This document shows, piece by piece, positions 56,861 to 64,000 of a DNA stretch of 64,000 nucleotides. Numbering within the stretch: the first letter of the stretch is position 1; each line of letters begins with the position of its first letter. Where the stretch lies: contig JAIRUW010000044.1 of NCBI GenBank assembly GCA_031254195.1, forward strand, positions 6,208 through 70,207, in the 5' to 3' direction. Both the position numbers and the translations under genes were made by a program. Source of the DNA: Oscillospiraceae bacterium. Lineage in GTDB: Bacteria; Bacillota; Clostridia; Oscillospirales; UBA929. The notes under the pieces are model-generated. The model worked only from the letters and a program-made list of their open reading frames with translations, was not told the DNA's origin and ran no database searches.

Positions 56861-57465
56861 GCCGTTCCGTTTTAGAGTTCCTCCTCCCAAAACTCTGCGC
56901 GTTTTGCCGCCGCCCGGACCGGGACGGGCTGTGTGCGGACTGTCAGGGCAAGCTGCCGTGGCGGGCGCCGCCGGACGCGGGCGGGGTGATCGCGCCGCTG
57001 TATTACCGGGATATAGTGCGGTTCTCACTGCATAGATATAAGTTCCGGGGAGTTTCGGGGTACGCGGATGTGTTTGGGATGCTGATGGCACAGGCGGTAA
57101 GCGATTCGCGCGTGGAGGCGGAAGTTGCCACATGGGTGCCGTGCAGTTTTTTCCGCCGGTGGGCGCGCGGGTATGACCAGAGCGAAAGGCTGGCCCGTGC
57201 CGTGGCGAAGTATTTGGGGCTATCGGCTGATAAACTGCTCGCCAAACAACGCCATGCCAAATCGCAGACGAAGATGTCCGGCGATGAGATGCGTCGGGAA
57301 AATGTACGGGGCGCGTTTAAGGTGTTGCAAAACCCGGCGGGAAAGCGTATACTTTTGATTGACGACATCTACACCTCCGGCGCAACGCTGGACGAGTGCC
57401 GAAGCGTCCTCCTGTCCGCCGGGGCGGAAGAGGTCATTTGCTGCGCGGCCGCGTCACGCCGATAA
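56857..57465 (+). CDS. comFC: ComF family protein (phosphoribosyltransferase-type)
   Basis: N-terminal Cys pairs (CAFC...CADC) and a PRTase motif ILLIDDIYTSGATLDEC. Confidence 0.85.
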   Translation: MSRSVLEFLLPKLCAFCRRPDRDGLCADCQGKLPWRAPPDAGGVIAPLYYRDIVRFSLHRYKFRGVSGYADVFGMLMAQAVSDSRVEAEVATWVPCSFFRRWARGYDQSERLARAVAKYLGLSADKLLAKQRHAKSQTKMSGDEMRRENVRGAFKVLQNPAGKRILLIDDIYTSGATLDECRSVLLSAGAEEVICCAAASRR

Positions 57466-57485
57466 ATCAAAGGAGGATCATCCCT

Positions 57486-58682
57486 ATGAACAGCGCTTAT
57501 TCTCATAGAATGGGTTCCGGGGCCGTTCAAATCTTCGGACCAGACGGGCAGCCCGCAGTCAGCCGCGAGGTCACGGTCAAGCAAATAACGGGCGATGTTT
57601 TATTCGGCTGCGCCGGGTTTGAGACAGTGCAGCTTGTCAGCGGAGAATGGGAGGGCGAGGAGAAAGTTTGCGCCGGAATACGGGTTGAAAAGATGCTGGA
57701 TCTGTTCAACGCCATAACACTCCCGTTTTACTGGGGGCGGTTCGAGCCGGAACGCGGCAAACCGGACACAGCGCGGCTGATGAACGCCGCCAAATGGCTG
57801 CGCGAGCAAGGTTGCTCTGTCAAAGGCCACCCGCTTTGCTGGCACACGGTCACGGCCCCGTGGCTGTTGGATCTGTCCGACGAGGAAATTCTAGCGGTGC
57901 AGCTTGAGCGGATCAAGCGCGATGTGGTGGAGTTTGAGGGCGTCATCGACATGTGGGATGTCATCAATGAGGTCGTCATCATGCCGGTCTTCGACCGCTA
58001 TGACAACGGCATCACCCGTATCTGCAAACGGGAAGGGCGCGTCGGGCTGGTGAGAAAGGTATTCGCCGAGGCGAAAGCGGCCAACCCTAACGCGACCCTG
58101 CTGATCAACGACTTCAACATGAGCGAGGACTACAGCAATCTAATCGAGGAGCTGCTGGCGGCGGAGATCCCGATCAGCGCGATCGGGCTGCAATCGCATA
58201 TGCACCAAGGCTGCTGGAGCCGTGAAAAAACAGAGGAGGTCTTGGAACGATTTGAGCGTTTCGGCCTGCCCCTGCATTTCACCGAGATCAACCTGGTGTC
58301 CGGGGAGATCATGCCCAAGCACATCGTTGACCTCAACGACTTTGCGCCGGACGAGTGGCTGTCCACACCGGAGGGTGAGGCCAGGCAGGCGGAGGAGGTC
58401 GCGGCATTCTATTCGCTGCTGTTCCAATGCCCGCTGGTTGAGGCTGTCACATACTGGAGTTTTACAGACGGCGGCTGGCTCAATGCCCCGGCCGGGCTGA
58501 TGACAAAGGACGCGCGGGTGAAACCGGCGTATGACGCTCTATATCAGTTGATAAAGAACGAGTGGCGCACACCGAACCTTCGTGTTATCACCGATGAATA
58601 CGGCTATGCTGAGGTCAGCGGGTTCCGGGGCGGCTATGTCGCGGAATTTGACGGCGGGAGTATGGAGTTTTCCATCGGCTGA
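57486..58682 (+). CDS. glycoside hydrolase family 10-like protein (endo-1,4-beta-xylanase), no signal peptide
   Basis: SD AGGAGG. ...KGHPLCWH...MWDVINEV...LINDFN...GLQSHM...HFTEINL... matches the GH10 catalytic-Glu contexts (INE and TEI). Confidence 0.8.
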   Translation: MNSAYSHRMGSGAVQIFGPDGQPAVSREVTVKQITGDVLFGCAGFETVQLVSGEWEGEEKVCAGIRVEKMLDLFNAITLPFYWGRFEPERGKPDTARLMNAAKWLREQGCSVKGHPLCWHTVTAPWLLDLSDEEILAVQLERIKRDVVEFEGVIDMWDVINEVVIMPVFDRYDNGITRICKREGRVGLVRKVFAEAKAANPNATLLINDFNMSEDYSNLIEELLAAEIPISAIGLQSHMHQGCWSREKTEEVLERFERFGLPLHFTEINLVSGEIMPKHIVDLNDFAPDEWLSTPEGEARQAEEVAAFYSLLFQCPLVEAVTYWSFTDGGWLNAPAGLMTKDARVKPAYDALYQLIKNEWRTPNLRVITDEYGYAEVSGFRGGYVAEFDGGSMEFSIG

Positions 58683-59884
58683 ACCAAATGGTATCCGCGC
58701 CCCAACAGCGCGGCGCACGTTGCCTCGATGTGTTCTTGATTGCGTGTCTCCACCTCGACCGATACCGCCGTTTGCCCTAGCGCAACAGTCGGCGCGAGAC
58801 GGTCATGCGAGACGGACAGGACGTTTACGCCTTGCCCGGCCAGCAGATCGAGCAGCTTGGACAGGTGCCCCGGCCGGTCGGCGATGTATGTGCTGAGCCG
58901 CGCGCGGCGGCCGGAGTTCATCAGCCCCTTTTCGATGATGCGCTCCAATATATTTACATCTATGTTGCCGCCTGTGACCACAGCCACCGTCGGGCCGCCG
59001 GCGGCCAGTTCCGGGGTTGCCATCAGCGCGGCCAGCGGAACGGCGCCCGCGCCCTCGACAAGCATTTTTGTACGTTCCAGCATCGCTAAAATCGCCGCCG
59101 CTATATCTGCGTCCGATACGGTGATGATCTCGTCCAGATAATGGCGGCACAGTTTATATGTCAAATCCCCCGGTGACTTGACGGCAACGCCGTCGGCAAT
59201 GGTTTGGCATTTCGTGAGCTTGACCGGTTTGCCCGCTTCAAACGACGCAAGCATTGACGCGGCGTTTTCCGGCTCCACCCCGACCACGCGTACGCCGGGC
59301 CGCGTTTCCTTGATGGCAAGCGCCACGCCCGCCGCAAGCCCGCCGCCGCCGATGGGCACGAGCACTGTCTTCACATCGGGGCGGTCCTGTACGATCTCCA
59401 GCCCGACCGTCCCCTGCCCTGCGATGACGAACGGGTCATCAAAGGCGTGGATGAATACCATACCGCGCTCCTTTTGGAGCCTGAATGCGTAGCTTTGCGC
59501 CGCGCTGAACGAATCGCCGTGCAGGATGGCCTCCGCGCCATACGCGCGGGTGGCTTCCAGCTTGGAGATTGGCGCGCCCTCCGGCATAACGACGCTGGAG
59601 CGTATCCCGAGTTCCCGCGCCGCCAGCGCTACGCCCTGAGCATGGTTGCCGGCTGAGGCGCAGATCACGCCACAGGCGCTCTCCTCCCTGTCCATCTGCC
59701 GCATACGGTTATAGGCCCCCCGAACCTTAAAGGAGCCGGTGCGTTGGAGGTTTTCGGCTTTGAGCAGGACTTCGTTGTTCACGCCGAACACGGATGAGGA
59801 CGCGGGCAGCAGGTCGGTACGGCGGGCAAAGCCTTTCAGCGCCTGCTGCGCGTCGAAAATCATCGAAAGCGTTACCGGCCGCAT
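58634..59884 (-). CDS. ilvA: threonine ammonia-lyase (threonine dehydratase) with a C-terminal ACT-like domain
   Basis: SD GGAGGG. PLP-lysine motif TGSFKVRGAYN, then ASAGNHAQGVA and PIGGGGL. The 3' end overlaps the convergent GH10 gene by 49 nt. Confidence 0.88.
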   Translation of the reverse strand: MRPVTLSMIFDAQQALKGFARRTDLLPASSSVFGVNNEVLLKAENLQRTGSFKVRGAYNRMRQMDREESACGVICASAGNHAQGVALAARELGIRSSVVMPEGAPISKLEATRAYGAEAILHGDSFSAAQSYAFRLQKERGMVFIHAFDDPFVIAGQGTVGLEIVQDRPDVKTVLVPIGGGGLAAGVALAIKETRPGVRVVGVEPENAASMLASFEAGKPVKLTKCQTIADGVAVKSPGDLTYKLCRHYLDEIITVSDADIAAAILAMLERTKMLVEGAGAVPLAALMATPELAAGGPTVAVVTGGNIDVNILERIIEKGLMNSGRRARLSTYIADRPGHLSKLLDLLAGQGVNVLSVSHDRLAPTVALGQTAVSVEVETRNQEHIEATCAALLGRGYHLVQPMENSILPPSNSAT

Positions 59885-60705
59885 TTTTCAACCCTCCAGA
59901 GCCAGTCTTTGACCATTTGCCGAAAAAGAGGCTCATTGTCAAGCTGCAGGTTGTGCCCCGCGCAGTCCAGCGCGGCGAATGTGGCTCTTGGAAACCGTTC
60001 CACAAGCTCATAGGGCTTTTGATAACCGACGGCATGATCCTGCCGTCCGGTCAGGATACACGAGGGTTTGTCAAAAGTCATCGTCCTTAACGCTTTTTCC
60101 ATATCGGGGTGATACTCGCCTTTGTAATTATGATTCAAGTGTTCCCAGTCTGCCATGCGGACCGCAGGAAGAATATCCCTTTTATACTTTGCGAATATTT
60201 CAGGAGTGGCGATGGCGGCCATATCCAAAAAAGATGTCGCGTCCGGGTCGTTTTCAGCCGAAGCCCATGACTCGTTGCGCCATAGCACCTGATGTTTTGG
60301 AAGGCATTCCGGCCTGTTTACGGCGTCAAACGAGTCGGTCAGCGGGCAGAGCAGAAACAAACCGTCGATCCTTTGCCTCATCTCATGGATTAGACCCAGC
60401 GACACATACCCGCCGTAAGACTCACCCACGAGCAGGAAGTTGCTGTCCCCAATGACGATACCTACGAACTCTCGCAGAAGCTCGATCATTGTATCGGAAT
60501 TTTTCATCCAGTCCGCCGCCGGAGTTTTGCCCATACCGGGCATATCGATATAGATTCTGCGGTAATCCTGCGTTTGCTCAAAAACCGGCTCAAAGCAGCC
60601 GCTCATCAGACGGTGGTCAACCGACCAGCCGTGAATGAACAGCACAGGGCGTCCTTCGCCATAATCCTCATAATAGACCGGAATGCCGCGAATAGTACAT
60701 AGCAT
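59872..60705 (-). CDS. alpha/beta hydrolase
   Basis: PVLFIHGWSVDH and nucleophile elbow LVGESYGG. SD AAGGGGGGG. Confidence 0.8.
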   Translation of the reverse strand: MLCTIRGIPVYYEDYGEGRPVLFIHGWSVDHRLMSGCFEPVFEQTQDYRRIYIDMPGMGKTPAADWMKNSDTMIELLREFVGIVIGDSNFLLVGESYGGYVSLGLIHEMRQRIDGLFLLCPLTDSFDAVNRPECLPKHQVLWRNESWASAENDPDATSFLDMAAIATPEIFAKYKRDILPAVRMADWEHLNHNYKGEYHPDMEKALRTMTFDKPSCILTGRQDHAVGYQKPYELVERFPRATFAALDCAGHNLQLDNEPLFRQMVKDWLWRVEKCGR

Positions 60706-60761
60706 AGTGTCCCCCCCTTGTCATTGATTATAACATACGTTCGAAAAGGAGGCAATCCCCT

Positions 60762-61442
60762 ATGAAGGTTTTATTGCTCTGCGATGACTACTGGCACCCC
60801 GGCCAAGTGCCGGCTGACGGCGTCGTGCCGCTCAAAGACAAGGGCTTCGAGTTTACCATTATCCGTGATGCCGGCGAATTTTGCCCGGATATGCTCAAGG
60901 ATTACCCCGTTGTCCTGCTGAGCAAGAGCGGCGAAATTTCGCAGACGGAGAAAGACAGCTGGAAGACCGAGGCAGTACAGCAAGCCTTTGTCGATTATGT
61001 GGAAAGCGGCGGCGGGCTGCTGGGCGTCCATAATGCCACCGTCGCCGGGGAGCGTACCCGGACGCTTGATACCCTGCTGGGCTGCCGCTTCCTCTACCAT
61101 CCGCAGGACTGCCCGGTCACGGTGCAGCCGGTCAAGCCTCACCCGGTCACCGAAGGAGTGGGGATATTCTGCGAGGTGGACGAGCATTACCGGCTGGAGA
61201 TTTTGCGTGACGATGTGGATATTTTGATGGCGTCGTACTCCCCGCCGCAGGGAGACGAGGCGAAGTATCAGGAAAACCCGTATCACAACAGTCCGGCCTG
61301 GGTCTGTCCGGCGGGTTATGTGCGCACACAGGGCAAAGGGCGCGTCTGCGTCCTCATGCCGGGGCACCATTTAGCGGTCTGGCATAATCCGCAGTATCAG
61401 CGGGTTCTGGAAAATGCCTTGCGGTGGTGCGCGGGACAATAA
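60762..61442 (+). CDS. ThuA-like (class I glutamine-amidotransferase-like fold) protein
   Basis: MKVLLLCDDYWHPG...GGGLLGVHNA...HYRLE... is the layout of ThuA-domain proteins (pattern-level call). Confidence 0.6.
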   Translation: MKVLLLCDDYWHPGQVPADGVVPLKDKGFEFTIIRDAGEFCPDMLKDYPVVLLSKSGEISQTEKDSWKTEAVQQAFVDYVESGGGLLGVHNATVAGERTRTLDTLLGCRFLYHPQDCPVTVQPVKPHPVTEGVGIFCEVDEHYRLEILRDDVDILMASYSPPQGDEAKYQENPYHNSPAWVCPAGYVRTQGKGRVCVLMPGHHLAVWHNPQYQRVLENALRWCAGQ

Positions 61443-61491
61443 AGAACGGCTATACCCTCTTCGTCATATAATGGCGCAGGGGGGTGGCAGT

Positions 61492-62169
61492 ATGAACAGG
61501 ATGGATATTGTCAAGTCGTTGGAGTATTCAACGGCGGCTTACCGCGACATCCAGCCGTACACGCCTCACACCTGTACCGCTATGGTCGACAGCAAGCCGT
61601 CGGGGGTGCAGTATTTTCTGCGAAAGAACAAGGATACCCTCTGGATTACCTTCCGTGGGTCAGATTCACCGAGAGATTGGAAGACAAACTTCACTTTTTG
61701 GAAAAAAACCATCCCCTATGACAATACCGCGACAAAGATACGCGTACATACGGGATTCCTCAACGCGTATAAATCCCCTTCTGTCCGAGACCTGATTTTG
61801 GCGGAGGCCGCCCGGGATGTACGCACGATCAAGATTACCGGGCATTCGCTGGGCGCGGCGCTGGCCGTCCTTTGCGCCGTGGATGTGCAGTATAACCGCC
61901 CCGACGCGGACATCGAGGTCGTCCTGTTCGGCTGCCCCCGCGTCGGCAACAGAGCTTTCGCGCTGTCATACAACAAGCGCGTGGACAAGACGCTGCGGGT
62001 CGAGTATGGCAATGATGTCGTCACAAAAGTGCCTCCGGCGGCTTTCGGCTTCAGGCATGTAGGGGCCAAACTGCATATCGGCCCGCCGCGCCTTCCGCTG
62101 GTCGTCTGCGCAAACGACCATTACCCGCATCGGTATTACTCCGGGCTGCTGAAAAAAATCATCCTCTAG
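61492..62169 (+). CDS. class 3 lipase family protein
   Basis: ...LWITFRGSDSPRDWKTNF...VHTGFLNAY...ITGHSLGAALAVL (GHSLG nucleophile elbow). The ATG at 61492 follows GGGGGGTGG. Confidence 0.8.
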   Translation: MNRMDIVKSLEYSTAAYRDIQPYTPHTCTAMVDSKPSGVQYFLRKNKDTLWITFRGSDSPRDWKTNFTFWKKTIPYDNTATKIRVHTGFLNAYKSPSVRDLILAEAARDVRTIKITGHSLGAALAVLCAVDVQYNRPDADIEVVLFGCPRVGNRAFALSYNKRVDKTLRVEYGNDVVTKVPPAAFGFRHVGAKLHIGPPRLPLVVCANDHYPHRYYSGLLKKIIL

Positions 62170-62235
62170 CCCTTGCGTTTTCTTGGGCGGTCTGTTATAG
62201 TAGGCGGAAATACCTAAAAAGAAGGTGACCCCGCC

Positions 62236-63039
62236 ATGCAAGACGCCGTCCAAACCGTGCGCGATTTTTACAATCAAAATCCCGAAACAGAATACAACCG
62301 TATCGCAGGCCGTCCCGAGTTCATGCTGACTTGTCGGTATATCGACCGATACATTCAGCTCGGCGACACTGTTTTGGATATCGGCGGCGGGCCGGGGCGG
62401 TATGCGCTCTATCTCGCCCAAAAGGGCTGTGATGTTACATTAATCGACCTCTCCGAGGAGAACGCGGCTTTCGCCGCCTCACGGGCGCGGGACGAAAAGC
62501 TCCCTCTAAAAGCCATGCAGGGCGACGCGCGGGAGGCGGACAAGCTGTTGGGCGGTTTGTTCGACCATGTACTGCTGATGGGGCCGCTCTATCATCTGTT
62601 AGAGGAAGCCGACCGAATCAAAGCGGTCAGCGCGGCCTTGCGTCTGCTTAAACCGGGCGGGCTGCTGTTCACGTCGTTTATCAGCATGGGCGGCGGGCTG
62701 GTCTATTTGTTGCGGGAGATGCCGGAACTGGTCATTCACCCGGATGAGGAACGCTTCCTTATTCCGCTCATTGAAGGCAAAAGCTATGGCGGCGCCGCGT
62801 TCACACAGGCGTTTTTTATTAGCCAAAACGAAGTCCTGCCGTTTATGGCACGGTTTCCGCTGGAGAAACTGCATCTGTTTGGTCAGGAGAGCATCCTTGC
62901 CCCCAATGAACACAACGTCATGAAGCAGCCACCGGAGGTTATCGCGGCATGGCTCGACCTTGCGGAGAAAATGTGCGAACGGGAAGAGTATTTGAGCTGG
63001 TCGGAACACCTGATGTACATAGGACGAAAAACGCAATGA
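62236..63039 (+). CDS. class I SAM-dependent methyltransferase
   Basis: Motif I VLDIGGGPGRYALYLA, followed by DLSEEN and LLMGPLYHL. Confidence 0.8.
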   Translation: MQDAVQTVRDFYNQNPETEYNRIAGRPEFMLTCRYIDRYIQLGDTVLDIGGGPGRYALYLAQKGCDVTLIDLSEENAAFAASRARDEKLPLKAMQGDAREADKLLGGLFDHVLLMGPLYHLLEEADRIKAVSAALRLLKPGGLLFTSFISMGGGLVYLLREMPELVIHPDEERFLIPLIEGKSYGGAAFTQAFFISQNEVLPFMARFPLEKLHLFGQESILAPNEHNVMKQPPEVIAAWLDLAEKMCEREEYLSWSEHLMYIGRKTQ

Positions 63040-63629
63040 GACTGCGAAGGCGCAAAAATCAAACCGCCCGCATGGAGAAGGCCGCCGATTGGCTGATTTC
63101 TGAATGGCAGGGAAAAACGGACCGCCTACTTGTCGAATTGGGTTGCGGGATGGGACGTTTTGCCTGTGAAACGGCGGAGGCCAACCCCGATGTGACCGTG
63201 TTGGGGCTAGAGCGTGTCCCCGAGGCCATCTTGATTGGTATGGAATATGCCCAGCAAAAAGGGCTTTGTAATGTCCGTTTTATCCTCGGTGATGTGATTG
63301 AACTTGACAAAATGTTCGCACCGGGCGAGATCGACGAGCTTTATATCCACTTCTGCGACCCGTGGCCGCATTGGAAGCAAGCCCCCCGCCGCCTCGTGGC
63401 GCGGAATTTCCTCCGGCTCTACCGCCCGCTGCTCGCGCTAGGCGGAACATTGCGGTTCAAGACCGACAACGCGCCGCTGTTCGCGTTTGCGCAAAAGGAG
63501 CTTGCCGCCGAGGGCTGGACGGTAACGCATTGCGACCCCAACAGTCCGCCGGAGGCGGTGATGACCGATTATGAAGCAAAGTTCCGGGCGCGGGGGGTTG
63601 CGATCGGGGCCTTGACAGCGGCGCCATAA
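63036..63629 (+). CDS. trmB: tRNA (guanine-N7)-methyltransferase
   Basis: ATGA overlap with the upstream stop. LVELGCGMGRF...LYIHFCDPWPHWKQAPRRL...FKTDN...MTDYEAKF is the TrmB signature. Confidence 0.88.
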   Translation: MRLRRRKNQTARMEKAADWLISEWQGKTDRLLVELGCGMGRFACETAEANPDVTVLGLERVPEAILIGMEYAQQKGLCNVRFILGDVIELDKMFAPGEIDELYIHFCDPWPHWKQAPRRLVARNFLRLYRPLLALGGTLRFKTDNAPLFAFAQKELAAEGWTVTHCDPNSPPEAVMTDYEAKFRARGVAIGALTAAP

Positions 63630-63640
63630 TATGTTATTGT
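63612..63640 (+). promoter_or_regulatory. candidate promoter for the erm leader
   Basis: TTGACA (63612-63617), 17 nt, TATTGT (63635-63640). Lies in the last codons of trmB. Confidence 0.4.
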
Positions 63641-63671
63641 CAGTATGTTAAGCATCATAAAAAGGAAGGTC

Positions 63672-63707
63672 ATGCACCTCATGGGTACAATTCGGATTCG
63701 CAAATAA
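63672..63707 (+). CDS. 11-codon leader peptide ORF (MHLMGTIRIRK)
   Basis: SD AAGGAAGG lies 3 nt upstream of the ATG at 63672 (12 nt upstream of the in-frame ATG at 63681). The stop TAA at 63705-63707 is 1 nt before the terminator's 5' arm. Contains an R-I-R (+x+) motif. Confidence 0.5.
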   Translation: MHLMGTIRIRK

Positions 63708-63708
63708 A

Positions 63709-63754
63709 GCGTACTGAACAGCTAACCGATAGCTTTTTTCAGTACGCCTTTTTA
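63709..63754 (+). terminator. attenuator terminator hairpin between the leader ORF and the erm-like gene
   Basis: GCGTACTGAA (63709-63718) pairs with TTCAGTACGC (63738-63747). Inner pairing AGCT/AGCT. Followed by CTTTTTA. Confidence 0.6.
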
Positions 63755-63785
63755 TGTCCGAATTTGTGCATAGGGGTGTATTTTT

Positions 63786-64000
63786 GTGTCTAAATACAGT
63801 ATTTCGCAAAATTTCCTGACGAGTTCCGTTACCATCAAAAGACTGCTGCGCCTGACCTCCATCAGCGCGGACGACCATGTCGTTGAAATAGGTGCGGGCA
63901 AAGGGCATATCACAAGGGAGCTTCTCAAAATCTGCGGCTCGGTCAGCGCCTACGAAATCGATCGCAAGCTGTGCGGGCGGCTGCGGGACAAGCTGGGCGA
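63786..64000 (+). CDS. Erm-family 23S rRNA (adenine-N6)-methyltransferase, 5' partial (runs off the window)
   Basis: GTG at 63786 after AGGGGTG. My translation is VSKYSISQNFLTSSVTIKRLLRLTSISADDHVVEIGAGKGHITRELLKICGSVSAYEIDRKLCGRLRDKLG. YSQNFLTS and EIGxGKGHxT are Erm-like rather than KsgA-like (GxGxLT). Not in the ORF track because there is no stop in the window. Confidence 0.75.
   Translation, partial: MSKYSISQNFLTSSVTIKRLLRLTSISADDHVVEIGAGKGHITRELLKICGSVSAYEIDRKLCGRLRDKLG

Noticed and set aside
58634-58682. A 49-nt convergent overlap of the GH10 and ilvA 3' ends as a regulatory antisense feature.
   Set aside because: Most simply explained by a late stop codon adding ~14 non-conserved residues to IlvA. 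There is no structure or repeat in the overlap.
63786-64000. Alternative call of the partial methyltransferase as the housekeeping KsgA/RsmA.
   Set aside because: KsgA has an EIGPG-x-G-x-LT type motif and lacks leader-peptide attenuators. Here the motif is EIGAGKGHIT with YSISQNFLTS, plus a leader ORF and terminator, which favours Erm. Still unproven because the gene is truncated.

Overview
A 64-kb chromosomal segment that reads like a high-GC Clostridia genome (Oscillospiraceae/Ruminococcaceae-like). That placement is an inference from gene content, split gcvPA/gcvPB, solitary ECF S-components and G-rich Shine-Dalgarno sites. Housekeeping blocks: rpsF-ssb-rpsR, queT, an IDH-family dehydrogenase, pncA-pncB, gcvT-H-PA-PB, uvrB and uvrA, FMN riboswitch-ribU, recD2-comFC, ilvA and trmB. 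Accessory content: a TetR-controlled ABC-2 exporter; a heterodimeric ABC exporter strung gaplessly onto the gcv operon; four large paralogous hybrid sensor kinases plus an HD-GYP protein (22-40 kb); a HydBC-like plus GltD/NfnB-like three-gene redox complex (Stn-type transhydrogenase candidate); several visibly AT-rich islets encoding membrane proteins and lipoproteins; and miscellaneous enzymes. No rRNA, tRNA, CRISPR array, transposase or integrase was seen. Best leads: (1) an RNPP-like HTH-TPR regulator with an antisense-overlapping 46-aa secreted pro-peptide gene, a perfect palindromic operator between divergent promoters, and an AT-rich target operon (17989-20089). (2) A two-copy intra-operonic hairpin element with conserved base and loop and non-homologous but complementary stems (844-963, 16090-16184). 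(3) A partial Erm-family methyltransferase preceded by an 11-codon leader ORF (MHLMGTIRIRK) and a terminator hairpin (63612-64000). (4) An AT-rich bPH + SLATT/DUF4231-like membrane gene pair (31076-32340). All calls come from reading the ORF translations and the DNA by eye; no database search was run.
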